Of a stretch of 64,000 bases of DNA, positions 38,672 to 52,150 are shown piece after piece. Where the stretch lies: the NCBI RefSeq assembly GCF_009834535.1, contig NC_045697.1, forward strand, positions 62,188,001-62,252,000, read 5' to 3'. A program made the position numbers and the translations under genes. Source of the DNA: Camelus ferus (taxonomy: Eukaryota). The number at the start of each line of letters is the position of its first letter. Position 1 is the stretch's first letter. The notes beneath the pieces were generated by a model, which saw only the letters and a list, made by a program, of their open reading frames with translations, searched no databases and was not told the DNA's origin.

Positions 38672-41504
38672 GTCAAAAGGAAGATGAAACTTAAGCCCTA
38701 CAGCTTTGAATAAAGGGTAGCACATAGATAATCGATTAGAGAAAGGAGGACCTCCCAAGTAGGCAAGTGCATCAGCATAAACAAAGGTTCTAGAAGTGGT
38801 AATAAGCATGTAATGAGGAGTGAGCATGAATGTTAGGAGCAGAGAGTTTTAGTAGAAGTAAGAAAAAAAAAAGGATTTGTAGGGTAAAAATGGAAGGGAT
38901 AGTAGGGGAAATGAAGAAGGCAATGAAATGAAAAAAATGTGTGGTTAAATGAGATATCAACAAAATTGGATAAAATTGGACTATTAGGGAAAATTTGACT
39001 TTTGACCATTTCCCAGGTTCAATTGAGTATACACATTTAGCTCCAAAACATGACCTCTCCTAACATCTTCTATGCAGCTTTTCCAGATTAAAAAATTGGC
39101 TAACTAGGTAACCACTGATACCTTTATAAGCGCTATTTTCTTTTCATTACTGGGAGAATGAAATTTGTTATGAGTTACATTGCATTTTTGTAGAGAGGTG
39201 CATTGGACTGACTTGTGAGGGATCAGAGCTCCAGAACCAGTCAGTGGAACCTCAAAACGCCATGGATGTCAAAGATGCCAATTGACTGTGCTCTAGGACT
39301 CATTCATGGTGGGTACACTCACTTCCAACTCAAAGAGGAAATTTGCAGACCTGCCCTGGTTTCTTCTGTAAAAATGGGTGAGTGGTTTGTCCAAAGTCTC
39401 TTTCCTGGCTATAAGCAGTGGACAAGGATCTAGAGACAAGTGTTCTCTCCCCAAAAGTGCTTTGTTTTTTGTGTTTTTAATGGTAACATGGTGAGGACAT
39501 CTCAGGTCATGTCTGGGGCATGTTTTGGGCTCTGTATGAGACTAGGAAATTGTTCACATATTTCTTTTACATTATTCCCATGCTTTTTATAGGATAACAA
39601 ATTTTAACTCTGTCTTCTCTGCTACAACTTTATGTAAAAATCAGCTGGAATGAATTGCTGCTCAAACTCAATTAATTCCATTTCAGGCTCTTTTCCTCAT
39701 GACATTTGTGTATTTTGGGAGAATTGCCCTTTATCTCTTCAGAATCAAATTGAAATATTCCAAAGTTAAATCATCCACAATTCTTTCTTTTTTATATCTT
39801 TAATGATTTCTCAGAACATAGCTATTTCTAGGTTATAAATGAATATCCCCAAAGTAATCTGTAGTCTATAGGTCATTTGTCTAGAACTTAATTAAAAGTG
39901 GCTAAGGGGGGAAAATGTAGACTTTGGTGGGGATTCTGTAGGACGCTTCTGACTCCTTCTAGATACTCTGAAGGTGACACTGATTAATTAAACCGAGTTT
40001 TAGTTTTCTTCCAAACTTAGAACTTTTTTCTTCTTTGCAACAACTTCATTTAGGATCTAGCTATCTTTCATTTTACTTTTTCTTTCTTCTTTTCCTCTAC
40101 CTCCTCCTTCCCTTGCTTCTTTTTCTTCCTTTTTCCCTTCCAGGAATGATTAAAAAGAAGACATCATCTAAGTTTACCAGGCAAGAGTGATGAAAAATAA
40201 GGGAGCAAGAAAACGAACTTAGACAGTTTAGAAAGATCAAATGAGATTGAATGAGAACTAGCCAAGTTGTGGAAGATAAGAAAGGCAAATGGAGTAACCT
40301 AGTTTGGGGATAATCATCTGAGACAGGAAGATAAGGTGGGTTGGAGGTGGGGAAAGCCTTGGGGTAGACTCTCGTCACACCAGCCACCAGGCAGCACTGT
40401 GACAGCTTGGTTGCTGTCTATTGTTGTCCACTGGTGGGCAGGGGAGGAGAAAGGCAGTGGGCAGTTACTCTGTACAGGATGTCTGCTAGACAGATGTTTG
40501 AGCAGCCTGAAGTCCTTACTGGAACAAAGGCAAGGATAAATAAATAAATGAACCTATCCTGATGTTTGTTCCTATACATTTAAATATTCTATGACTTGTT
40601 TTAAATGGAATCCAAACACTGAGTATGATTTAGATGGCAGTGTTGTTACCCTTGGCTTGGCCTCTGAGAACTGATTTTGAGCTTTCAGCCCGGATATGAG
40701 CTCAGAATGAACTAAAAGTTCCTTTATCCTTAAAAACAGGAATAATTCTGGATATGCTTTCATCCTCTTGGGAAAAAGGCAACATGGGAAAGAATTAGAA
40801 GTTATTTGGTAAAGAGTTATTTTGTCGAGTGCTCTCCTGAGGTAGAACAGAACCTTCAGGAATTGAATTGCATGGTAGACATGTAATTCCAGATGATGGT
40901 TGGAAGTGAAGTTGCTTGTCAATGGAGTATGTGGGATGGTGGATCTTTAGAGTGGGGGAGGGGAGTACAGTGTTGTTGGAGCTGCCATCATATTAACCCC
41001 AAACATTTTCACCATCCCTTCACTTCCATGCAAGATGTGTCCAATTGGTGTCTCTGTGGATCAAGGACATTTGAAATAGCCAACGGTTTTCATAAATATT
41101 GTACAACAAACTGGCCCCTCCTCTGCCTCTCCACCCCATCAACTCAACAGGAATCAGTGAGTAATACAGATGTTTGTGGTATGGAAATCTTGTAGAATTC
41201 TAGGCATAGCCTAGTAGCAGAATTGTCAAAAATCATTTCTGTTCTCAGAATGGTCCGACTGTTGACTCAGCCCATTCCCCCAAGGTTTCCTATGTATTCT
41301 AAGAGTTAGGAGCAAGAAAGAAGAACCTGCAGCATGATTTGTCTCGAACGCCCTGGTGATGGCTCTCATTCCAAGTATTCATGAGTGGGATCAGGTGTTT
41401 TTAAAGAATTTTTGCTCCTCCTGAAATATTCTGCTTCTTGGACTAAGGGAGGGATTGGAGGGAGATGGATATAATGGGTCTGCCCTCCATTCAGTGCTTC
41501 AGTT

Positions 41505-41885
41505 TTGAAACAATTCTAAATCATACCGTGGTTGTTGGTACAAGGACTTACACATAGACCGACAGAACAGAATAGAAAATCCAAAAATAGACTCACACAT
41601 ATTCGGTCAGTGGATTTACCACAAAGGCACCATTTTCAGTAGGAAAAGGACAGTCTTTTCAACAAATGGTGCCAAAGCAATTGGTTGTCCTTTGGAGAGG
41701 GGGGGATGAACTTTGACCTGTACTTCATAGCATACACAGCAATTAATTCAAGATGGACTATACACCTAAATGTTAAAGGGGAAACCATAAGGCTTGTCGA
41801 AGAAAATAGGAGAGCTTTATGGCATTGGCGAGGCAAGAAAAATTTTAACAGGATACCAAAAGCACTAATCATAAAAGAAAAGTTA
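41505..41885 (+). mobile_element. Old L1 ORF2 fragment
   Basis: cagaacagaatagaaaatcc...cagtcttttcaacaaatggtgc; peptide YTAINSRWTIHLNVKGETIRLVEEN. Confidence 0.8.
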
Positions 41886-43216
41886 CTAAGAATATCTTAG
41901 TTTTAAAATTAGGCCATCGGAAGAATCCATAGCATGTTTTCAAGATCTGTGACAGAAAATTGGGCTGGAGTTCCTCCGTGTGCCCCCTAGAGCCTGCCCC
42001 GGACACAGACACCGCCTCTGCTCCCTGCTCTGCCTGTAGAGGGATGCCTGCGCATTGAAATAAGTGGCTTAATGCAAGGTTGAGGCGTTCGGATCTCACA
42101 GCAGAAACGTCTCACATTCCTCCTGTGGTTTTGCCCCGTGAGAGGCAGCTTGTTCCCGAGCCCCTCCAATCTCTGAACTCTGGTGTATTCTTCTCAGAAC
42201 ACTCCCTTGAGATCCCCTGAAGTTGGAGCTTCCCTGCCAAGTCCATGTGGTGGGAAGGAGGACAGAGCCATGTGGGGCCCTCGGAGGTGAGCCAGATCCG
42301 GTCTGCAGTGGCCAAGCCTGCAAGGTCCCAGGGCCCTGGAGGAAGCCTGAGATGCGGTGAGGCCCAGCCCTGCCCTTTGCAGGGTCTCATGTCAGTGAGG
42401 ACAGACTCGGAAGCGTCGGAGACAGAGCCAGAGACACACGTAAACACAGCCCCGCTGGGCTTACCACATCCATGTTTGCGACAGAAAAGCCAAGACCCCT
42501 GGCCAAGATAGACACTTCCTCTTTAGACCTAGGGGTTATAGGAAAGGAAGCACCAAATATATTTAGAGCTTTCAAAACTTTGTTTTGCACATTCTTACAA
42601 AGGGGAAAAAAAACTACCCCAAGGGATTTGTTAAAAAACTAGCTTCCAATACTTTAGATGAGTGGGAAAAATCTTACATGCTGTTGTCATTTCCTTTCTG
42701 TTTTAAGAAATTAATCGTGGACTGGAAATAGCCTGTTGCAAAAGGGGAGACTTCATGGCCTTTGATTTCTGATTATGCCAGAAAACTTTCCAGGCCCCGA
42801 GGGGAGGTTGTCCCTTTCCCAAGACTCTGGTGCAAGATGACCCAGTAGTTAGATATTTTATTCAGCTGGAAGACCCGAGGCAGTGGAAAGCTGAAAATCA
42901 GAGGGAATAATTAACTCATTCTTTGCAGAAATGGTGTGGAGCTTCGAGTAGGGGCCAGGTTTGGTTCTGGGAGCAGTGTTGTCCACCGGGATCCCAGGCT
43001 CCCAGCTCTATTTCCCTCTAGTGTGGACTCTCTGAAGGCCCCTGATGCGTGAAACCTGGCATTGTGAATTAGCAGAAGTGAAAGACTGATTACCACTCAC
43101 TAAAAGTAGGTGTACCTGACTCTGCTCCTGCCGATGTTGGGGAGCTGGCCCCTCAGCAGAAAGCAGTGAGCAAGCACAGCTCTTTCCACACCTGTAGACT
43201 TCAGTAGTGTTGCATT

Positions 43217-44218
43217 TCAACAGCTCCTGCAACTCAATAACAAACAAAAACAGCCCAATCCAAAAATGGCAGAAGACCTGAACAAGCATTTCTCCAATGA
43301 AGATGAACCAATGGCCAATAGGCACATGAAAAGATGCTCAGTATTGCTAATTATCAGAGAAGTGCAAATCAAAACTACAATGAGGTATCACCTCACACCA
43401 GTCAGAATGGCCATCATTCAAAAGTCCATGAACAATAAATGCTGGAGAGGGTGTGGAAAAAAGGGAACCCTCCTACACTGCTGGTGGGAATGTAGTTTGG
43501 TGCAGCCATTATGGAAAATAGCATGGAGATTCCTTAAAAAACTAAAAATACACTTACCATATGATCCAGCAATCCCACTCTTGGGCATAGATCCAGAGAA
43601 AACTCCAATTTGAAAAGATACGTGCACCCCAATGTTCATAACAGCACTATATAGACATGGAAGCAACCTAAATGTCCATCAACAGATGACTGGATAAAGA
43701 AGATGTGGTATATTTATATAATGGAATACCACTCAGACATGAAAAAGAATAAAATAATGCCATTTGCAGCAACATGAATGGACCTAGAGATTATCATACT
43801 AGGTAAACTAAGACAGAGAAAGACAAATAGCACATGGTATCACTTATATGTGGAATCTAAAAAAATGAGACAAATGAACTTTATTACAAAACAGAAATGG
43901 ACTCACAGACAGAAAACAAACTTATGGTTACCAAAGGGAGAAGAGGTGGGGGCAGGATAAATTAAGAGTTTGGGACTAGCTGATACAAACTCCTATATAA
44001 AAAATAGATAAGCAATAAGATCCTATGGTATAGCACAGGGACTATATTCAGTATCTTGCAATAACTTATAATGAAAAAGAATATAAAAAAGAATATGTGT
44101 GTGTATATATATACATACATACATATACACACACACACATGACTAAATCACTATGCTGTACACCAAAAACTAACACAACATTGTAAATCAACTATACTCA
44201 ATACATTAAAAAAAAAAA
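43217..44218 (+). mobile_element. 5'-truncated L1 (ORF2 C-terminus, 3' UTR, poly(A))
   Basis: Track ORF 43266..43613 ([20 protein letters not shown]...HCWWEC...[10 protein letters not shown]), poly(A) at 44208-44218, degenerate TSD agtagtgttgcatt / agtaatgttaacatt. Confidence 0.95.
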
Positions 44219-44363
44219 AGTAATGTTAACATTCTAGAGCTGGATCAGAAATTATCCAGTGGGTTTATTTGCATCTGTCTGGGGTAATGCATAAAGGATC
44301 AAAGTCCTGAAACGTTCCTGTAATGTCTTATTTAGGCATTGGTCACCCCACAACTGATAAGAG

Positions 44364-44612
44364 CAGGGACCAGCACTTCTACGTAGGGTCAAATAGTAAT
44401 ATATCTTAGACTGTACAGTCTTAGCTGCAACTGCCTCCTCTGGGCATGGCTGTGTTCCAGTAAAACTTCATTTTATGGGCACTGAAATGTGAACCTCTGA
44501 TAATTTTCACATCTTGAAATATCCTTCTTTTAAAAACTTCTAACCATTTTAAAACATAAATACCACTTACAAGCCATGCAACAAGTGACGGGCCAGATTT
44601 AACCCCAGGACC
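44364..44612. mobile_element. MER58-like hAT-Charlie element
   Basis: gggtcaaatagtaat...gggcatggctgtgttccagtaaaactt...gggccagattt. Confidence 0.7.
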
Positions 44613-45592
44613 TCTTCAGTAACAAAAAGGATGCACATCATTGATGTTGGTTCTGCATAAGGGCCTTCTTACTGGAGGGGGCATGAGAGCGAAGGCCTAG
44701 GGATGTGTTCCAGAAGTGGGGCAGGTGGGGAGGTACAGATAGCTCTGGGCTCTCCCTGGGTGGTCTCATACTGGTCACTCTGTTCAGGCAGTGCCTTGAC
44801 AGGTGCCTCTAGCAGCCAGTGCTCCCTGCCAGGCACGTGGACACTGAGAACCTTGGGAAAGAGCCCTCTTCTTGGGGCCCTGGTCACACACAGTAAACCT
44901 GTCACTGCTTCTCCCTGTCTGAGCTGGGAAGGACACTCCCACCTTCTTCCGTGACTCCCAGGCCACTTCTGTTCAGAGGTGCCTCCTTCCAGCCTCCCAG
45001 CACACACAGCACACCATGCCTTTCTCTTCAGTGAAAGTTGGCATCCCTGCCGTTACCACCATTGACTTGTCAATTTTAGATCCAAACTGCTGGCGGCAGG
45101 GACTGCCGTCTTTTTTGGGTATTCAGCACATTTGCAGAAATCTTCTGAGATATTTCTTTTCTTTCGTCACCCAAGGAGTGGTTGCTTGTTGCCCCATCCC
45201 ATCCCGAAAGAAATGGTGGTAAACAAAAAAGAAAAACATTTAATATTTTGGAAGTAAAATTCCACTCTGTTATTTGGAAAGTCCCAGATAACCAAAACAG
45301 CTGGTAAATTAAAACTCATTTAAGCATGATTTGGGGGGAAAGAAAAATCTGTAAGCAATAAATTTTTCTTCCTAACTTTTTCTGACTCTTTCAAGATGTA
45401 TGCTATGTATTACCAAAGTGTAGCCACAAATCCTGTTGGCGGCTGGGGGAAGCCAGTCTGGTCTTTGAGATTAGCTTCAGAGAATCAGCAGAGGGACAGC
45501 CTCCTAAATATAATCCAGTATTTACTTCCTAGCTCGCTGACTGATGTTAACGACTGTTTAAAAAGATGATTTGGCTTTGTGCCATCTTCTAG

Positions 45593-45702
45593 GTCCTTCC
45601 ATTGTGACGCCCCCCAAGGACATCTGGAACGTCAGTGGCGCACAAGTGTACCTGAGCTGTGAGGTCATCGGCATCCCAACCCCCGTCCTCATCTGGAACA
45701 AG
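45593..45702 (+). CDS. IGFBP7: IGFBP7 exon 2 (110 nt): (G)PSIVTPPKDIWNVSGAQVYLSCEVIGIPTPVLIWNK
   Basis: Acceptor tcttctag|GT, donor AAG|gtcagt. Manual translation gives the first Ig-domain Cys and an N-V-S sequon. Absent from the ORF track. Confidence 0.97.
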
Positions 45703-46083
45703 GTCAGTGCCTCAGATTTCAGGAAGACATCCTAGACTGGTGAGCTCCTCTTATACTGCGCAAAGCCTAAAATCCTCAGCCTGTTCCATTGCCTTCTGCT
45801 CCTCAAAGTCAAGGCCTCCTGACAGTCTTCCAGACACCTGTCCTGGGTCTATCACACACGATCTTACTGACCTCCAGAATAATCGCTGCTCTGCTTTTGT
45901 TAGCAGTCCGGAGCAGGGAGTCTTGAGAACTGGAAGAACTATGATGCTGAACACCCATCCCCTCCTGACTGTGTGTGTGTGCATGTGTGAGATCGTGTGT
46001 GTGCCTGCAGGCGTAGGTCTCAGTATAACATAGTGGTTAAGAATGTGAGTTCCTTAGCCAGGTCAGCTGAGTTCTCTCACAGC

Positions 46084-46262
46084 CAGGATTTCTCGGCATC
46101 AGCACTATTAACATTTTGAGCCAGACGGTTCTTTGTTGTAGGGGCTGCCCTGTGCATTGTAAGTTGTTTTGCAGCATCCTTGGCTTTCACACACACACAC
46201 ACACATCGTGACAGTTAAAAATGTCTCCAGACATTATCAAGTGTCCCCTGAGGGAAAATGCC
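46084..46262. mobile_element. MER20 hAT-Charlie element
   Basis: cagcactattaacattttgagccagacggttctttgttgtaggggctgccctgtgcattgtaag...aaaaatgtctccagacatt. Confidence 0.8.
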
Positions 46263-47847
46263 AGTGCTCTAAGCCTTGGCTTCTCCTCCATATGATCAAA
46301 GTAGCATAGAATTCTTGTAAAGATTACACAAAGTAATGCAGCTTAATCACTTGGCTCATTGTCAGATACATAATTAACACTCAAGAGATGCTAGTAGCTA
46401 CTGATTCCGAAAATGTTTTCCTTCAAGGGGCATTATCTTGTAAAACTGTCTCCACTTGTGAAGGACAGCACATTCTCAGAATGTCTGTGGGAGGGAAGAG
46501 AAAACATTTGCCAGACCTAGTAATACTTCACAGCCATACTGTACATTATGTTACACTATTGCCCTGATACATGTTGCCTTGTTTAAGCCTCACAGCAATC
46601 TATGGAGTAAATATCATCCAACTCATGCTAGTAAGAGGAAATATAGTTTAAGTCAAAAAGGCATAACCAGACACCCCTTTTCAGCTGGTTTGCTTCTCCA
46701 GCAAGCTTGAAGATGGGTGATGGTCTCTCCTGATTATTTTGTTTGCTTGGTATCTGACCAGAGGAGCAACTTCTGGAACTCCAGGAGGGATTTTGGCTCC
46801 CACAGTCAGAGCTGTTTCTATAGCAAATTGGAGAAACTCACTTCACACTAGCTTAGGGAAAAAAAAAAGTGGTGGGGGGATGATTCCAGCCTCAAGGGCA
46901 GCTGGATCCAGGTACACAGTGGGGTCAGAATTCTTAACTCTTGACTCTTTGCTGTCAATGTAGGGGTCTCATTTTTTCCTTCTTTCAGAAAGATTCCTCC
47001 TGTGCTATAGGTGATATTGTCACTGGCAGCTCCAAGATCACATATTACGTGATGTATGGAAATCACAGAGGAAAAAGGGCGCCCCACTCTGCTGCATTGT
47101 AAAATTCCCACCGAAGGACTATGACCCAGGTTGGGTCACCTGCCAAACTCTGGCTCCCCCATGTGGCCAGAGAGATGTGGTGCTCCCATGGAGCCATCTG
47201 GTGGGAGTGAAGTCAGAGTGACCCAGACTGGGGTGGGGAGGGTGTGTGTGCAGATGGTACTAGCTGTACTACAGCTTTCCTAAAGGGAGATATGAAATTT
47301 TACCTCAGTAAACTATTTTTTTAAGGGAAGGCAGGAGCAGTTGAGCAAAAATGCACTGTGTTCCTCCTGGCCTTCAGCGAAAGCTGCTGATACTCATTAC
47401 TTATGTGGAGGCTGCTGGTTTGTTCCAGGGGGTGGAGAGGGGGAGGAACAACTTTTCCAAAGAGTATCCATAAAAAGTGCTGTTGCAGTTCTCCAGGGAT
47501 TACACAATGAGAAGCCAGGGTGACCCAAGTGTCCCAGGGCGTGTGACCTTAATGGCATATCTTGCCTTGAATAATTTCTTTAGTCCTTGCTCTGCCCATC
47601 CCTCCAGCTAATGCATGCACATACCAGGGAATAAATCTGCCTCAGGAATCTTTTCCTTTAAACTTTGGGATCCTGTGAGGCTTCCCTGAGGGCTTGTCAA
47701 CTGGGGGGTCAGGAGGGTGGGAAGAGAAGGAGTGAGGAAAAACGGGAAAAAAAAAAAATTCTACAGACTCGCCAGAAACAAGCAAAAACCCAACTGTCAA
47801 GCACCTTCTACCTTCATAATGTAATTTGCCACATGCATGACCTAAAG

Positions 47848-48076
47848 CAGTGCTTTTCAGACTGCAGACCATGACCCTTCAGTGAATCTTGCAGTTAATG
47901 TAGGGATCACAACCAACATTTTCTTAAAAAACAAAAAGTACAACAGAAAATATCTTAAGTAAAGGTACATTTAGTAAAGGTATTTCATAAGACTTTTTTT
48001 CTTGTATATTCCAGATTGCAGTGCAAAACGTATTTCTTACTACTTGGGCCGTCTCAAAGCACTTTGAAAGTCACTG
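47848..48076. mobile_element. Short non-autonomous hAT-type element
   Basis: Termini cagtgcttttca / tgaaagtcactg with an 8-bp TSD acctaaag / acccaaag. Family not identified. Confidence 0.65.
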
Positions 48077-48417
48077 ACCCAAAGAATTAAAGAGGCCATT
48101 TGTTTTCTCCCCACTCTCCTTACAACCTTGTAACTATTAAGAACACAGATATATTGGTCCCTCTCTCTGACCTTCTGAGATGACTTGCACTTGGTCCATG
48201 GAGTGTGCATCTCTCTGAATAAATCTACTTTTACTCAAAAAAAAGAAAAAGACATATTTAAGATCACCAGTCAAATCCAGTTTAAGCACAGAAATGCTTT
48301 CTAGGTATGAATGAATCTTAGAATTCTCACTTGTTAAACTGAGATTCAAAGAAGGTAGCACATCTTTCTTGCCCAAGGATTCCCTTACTCATGCTCAAAT
48401 GTATACACACACATTCT

Positions 48418-49723
48418 TTTTTATACATATGTATACATATATTCACTTTCATATTCTTTTTCATTAAAGGTTATTACAAGGTATTGAATATTGTTCCCAG
48501 TGCTATACAGAGGAAATTTGTTTTTTTTAATCTATTTTTATATGTAGTGGTTAACCTTTGCAAATCTCAAAACTCCCAAATTTATCCCTTCCACCCTCTT
48601 TCCTCCGGTAACTGTAAGATTGTTTACTATGTCTGCAAGTCTGTTTCTGTTTTGTAGATGACTTCATTAGTGTCCTCTTTTTTTAAGATTCCATGTGAGT
48701 GATATCATATGGTATTTTTCTTTCTTTCTGGCTTACTTCACTTAGAATGACAGTCTCCAGGTCCATCCATGTTGCTGCAAATGGCATTTTATTATTTTTA
48801 TGGCTGAGTAGTATTCCATTGTATAAATATACCACAGCTTCTTTATCCAGTCATCTGTCAGTGGACATTTAGGTTGCTTCCATGTCTTTGCTATTGTAAA
48901 TAGTGCTGCTATGAACATTGGGGTGCATGTATCTTTTTGAATGAAGGTTCCCTCTGGATATATGCCCAGGAGTGGGATTGTTGGATCATATGGTAAGTAT
49001 ATTTTTCGTTTTTTAAGGAATCTCCATACTATTTTCCATAATGGTCGCACCAAACTACATTCCTGCCAGCAGTTTAAGAGAGTTCCCATTTCTCCACACC
49101 CTCTCCAGCATTTATTGTTTGTGAACTTTTGAATGATGGCCATTCTGACTGATGTGAGGTGATAACCAATTTGAGGTTTTGATTTGCATTTCTCTAATAA
49201 TTAGTGACATTGAACATTTTTTCATGTGCCTTTTGGCCATTTGTATGTCTTCATTGGAGAATTGCTTGTTTAGGTCTTCTGTTCGTTTTTGGATTGGGTT
49301 GTTTTTTTTTTGTTATTAAGCTGTATGAGCTGTTTATAAATTCTGGAAATTAAACCTTTGTCAGTTGCACCATTTGCAAATACCTTCTCCCAGTCTGTAG
49401 GTTGTTGTTTTGTTTTACTTATGGTTTCCTTTGCTGTGCAAAAGCTTGTAAGTTTAATTAGGTCCCATTTGTTTATTTTTGCTTTTATTTCTATTGCCTG
49501 GTTAGACTTTCCTAAGAGAAAATTGCTAAGATTTATGTCAGAGAATGTTTTGCTTATGTTTTCTTCTAGGAGGTTTATTGTGTCTTGTCTTATATTGAAG
49601 TCTTTAAGCCATTTAGAGTTTATTTTTGTGTATAGTGTGAGGGCGTGCTCTAATAACTTCATTGATTTACATTGCTGCTGACCAGTTTTCTCGACATCAC
49701 TTGCTAAAGAGACTGTCTTGTCC
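48418..49723 (-). mobile_element. 5'-truncated L1 (ORF2 C-terminal region and 3' UTR)
   Basis: Track ORFs 49270..49731 and 48742..49143 are ORF2 pieces. 13-bp TSD acacacacattct (48405-48417) / acaaacacattct (49724-49736). Confidence 0.95.
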
Positions 49724-52018
49724 ACAAACACATTCTCAGTGTGTGGGGTGAGGTGGGAATATGGTGTATTACTCTGAAACTTGCCTTTTTAAGAAATACT
49801 TCATGGGCATCCCCTCCAGGTCTGCTTCTCAAGAACTATGTAATATTCCAAGTGTGGATGTACCATAATTATTAAACCACCCCTGGATTCTGTTGTTTCC
49901 AATTTTTCATCACCTTAAATAATGCTGCCTTGAACATCTGAGTATACATATCCTACGTGCGTTATTTTTCCCCATAGGATAGATTCCCCCAAGGTACATG
50001 ACTAGACTTGTCAAAAGATTTTAGTCTTTTAATAGATAATTTTCTAAGATGGATTGTAGCAGTTCACACTTTCTCCAGTGATATATGGGTGTCATTTCCC
50101 TGCATCCTCCCCAGCCTTTAACATTACCCCTCTTTTTGTAGTTTTTGTTAATGATGGGTAGAAGTATCATCTCATTATTGCTTTAATTTCCTTGACATTG
50201 AGAATATTGTCACATTTGGATTTTTTCTTCCATGAATTACCTGCTCACAGCCATTACTCATTTTTCTATTGAGTTGATTCTTATTATCAGTTGTGGCTTT
50301 TTGTACATTAGAGATATTGACCCTTTATCATGTATTACAAATATTTTTTCCTACACAACCATTTTGATTTTTATTTGTTTAGTGTCTGAGGAGCTGAAAC
50401 TTTTAACAGACATGTATTCTGTTTCATCATAAAATTCTTCTGAAACTTCACCAAAAAGACACAGCAAATATTCTGATCTGCATAAATATCCTTTGAAGGA
50501 TTTCCTGCAATTCTGTGAATGCTTGAGATTTCTTAACCTGTGGGAATCAGACTGATCCATCCTGCTTCTGTAATCACTGGCACCTTTTTCTTAGTTACTG
50601 CTTATTTGCAATAGCAGGATTCAGGAAAATCTTTTTGCAGCTAAAACACAACCAGAGGGCTGAGATGACTTCCGGGCCTCCCTCTGAGTCTTCCCCTAGT
50701 TGAAATTGTGGTGAGCAGTGACTTCCAGGCAGTTTTTTCTGCCTTACAGACTTCTAAGGGTCAAACTTTGAGGCACTTCCAGCCCATTGCGCATCTGTAG
50801 AATTGTCTTAGAAACCACTTTCTCAGCCCACCCTGCATCTTTTTTCCCTCAAACTGAAAACATCAACAAATTCCCCTTATATAAGTAAAAGAGTAAAGGA
50901 GTTTGCCATATAAAAATTGGCCATGTAAAAATTCTTTGCACTTCTGTGTGCTTTCTACATGGTATGAAACTTTTTACGTTACTTACATTTAACAGTACTC
51001 ACTTTAATTATCTTGCAATCAAATACTTGGCAAGAACGGTTTCTTGGTACACAGTGTGTCAGGTTAATTGGCAGAGTGCTGAGGAGCAACAGCTCAGTTG
51101 CTAAGATTCACTATTTCGATGCTGTAATGTTTTTCTGCTTTGGTCAAAACCCTTAAAGAATTCTGAAATTCAGTAAATGAAGACCAGAGATGTATTAGTT
51201 TAGCCACTGAATCAAAATAATACTTAAAAACCATTATTTAAAACCATTTTTAAATAAGTGTTTCAAAATCTGCACTAGCATGAACCTTTTCTGCCAGCTA
51301 CTTGGGAAACTGAAAGAAAAAGATGCCTATTGAGTTCATCTGTTTTGTCTTTATAACATTCATACGAGAAGAACACTAAGACTCCTGGTTTTCTCTAACA
51401 GTGACAATATGGGGAAATCCCAGGAGAGAGAAAAGCAAGCAGGCAAAAACCAGGCACTCTGAATCAGTAATGCTAGATGTTTGTTTTTATGGAGTAGGAG
51501 CAGGCCTAGATCCCACTTGGTTTGCAGAGTCCCAGCCCTGGTGTCATGAAGCAGAGAAAATAAAGGGTGGGTTTGATGCTGAGACAATAGCTTAGTAACA
51601 GCATGTGGTGGCAGTGGGACCATATGGAGGAGAAGCAACACTGGTGTAAAGTATCCAAAAAAATTATGTATGGTGATCTGATTGAACACAAGATTTGCTT
51701 AATTATAAAAGAAAATGAGAAGGAAACTCCATATTTGAGACTGTAAATTCTTTTTTCTAATTACAAAGGTAATATCAATAAACAACCTTACTCTAAAAGG
51801 CAGCCTGGGATGGAATAAACAAACATTGCTTTGTTTATCCTTTGTTTTTCAGACCTATCATCACAAGCCTTAAAATATTTATACTCTATGACTCAGCAAT
51901 TCCATTTCTAGAAATTTATGTTAAATGTTTATGTATGGAGGGGTTACAGGCAAATTTATTCTTCCAGGAATTTTTATATATTTTCCAGTTTACATAATGA
52001 ACATCGTTTGCCTTTTTA

Positions 52019-52150
52019 TGTTTGGTTTTTTGGGGGGAGGAGGTAATTAGGTTTATTTACTTTTCTAATGGAGGTACTGGAGATTGAACTCGGGACCTTG
52101 TGCATGCTAATAATAAGCACATGCTGTACCACTGAGCTACACCCTCCCCC
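52019..52150 (-). mobile_element. tRNA-Ala-derived SINE (Vic-1-like)
   Basis: Reverse complement of the same SINE head; TSD GTTTGCCTTTTTA at 52006-52018 and 52156-52168. Confidence 0.9.

Noticed and set aside
48742..49731. 133-aa and 153-aa ORFs as a possible domesticated gene
   Set aside because: Frameshifted L1 ORF2 C-terminal fragments inside a TSD-bounded, 5'-truncated L1.
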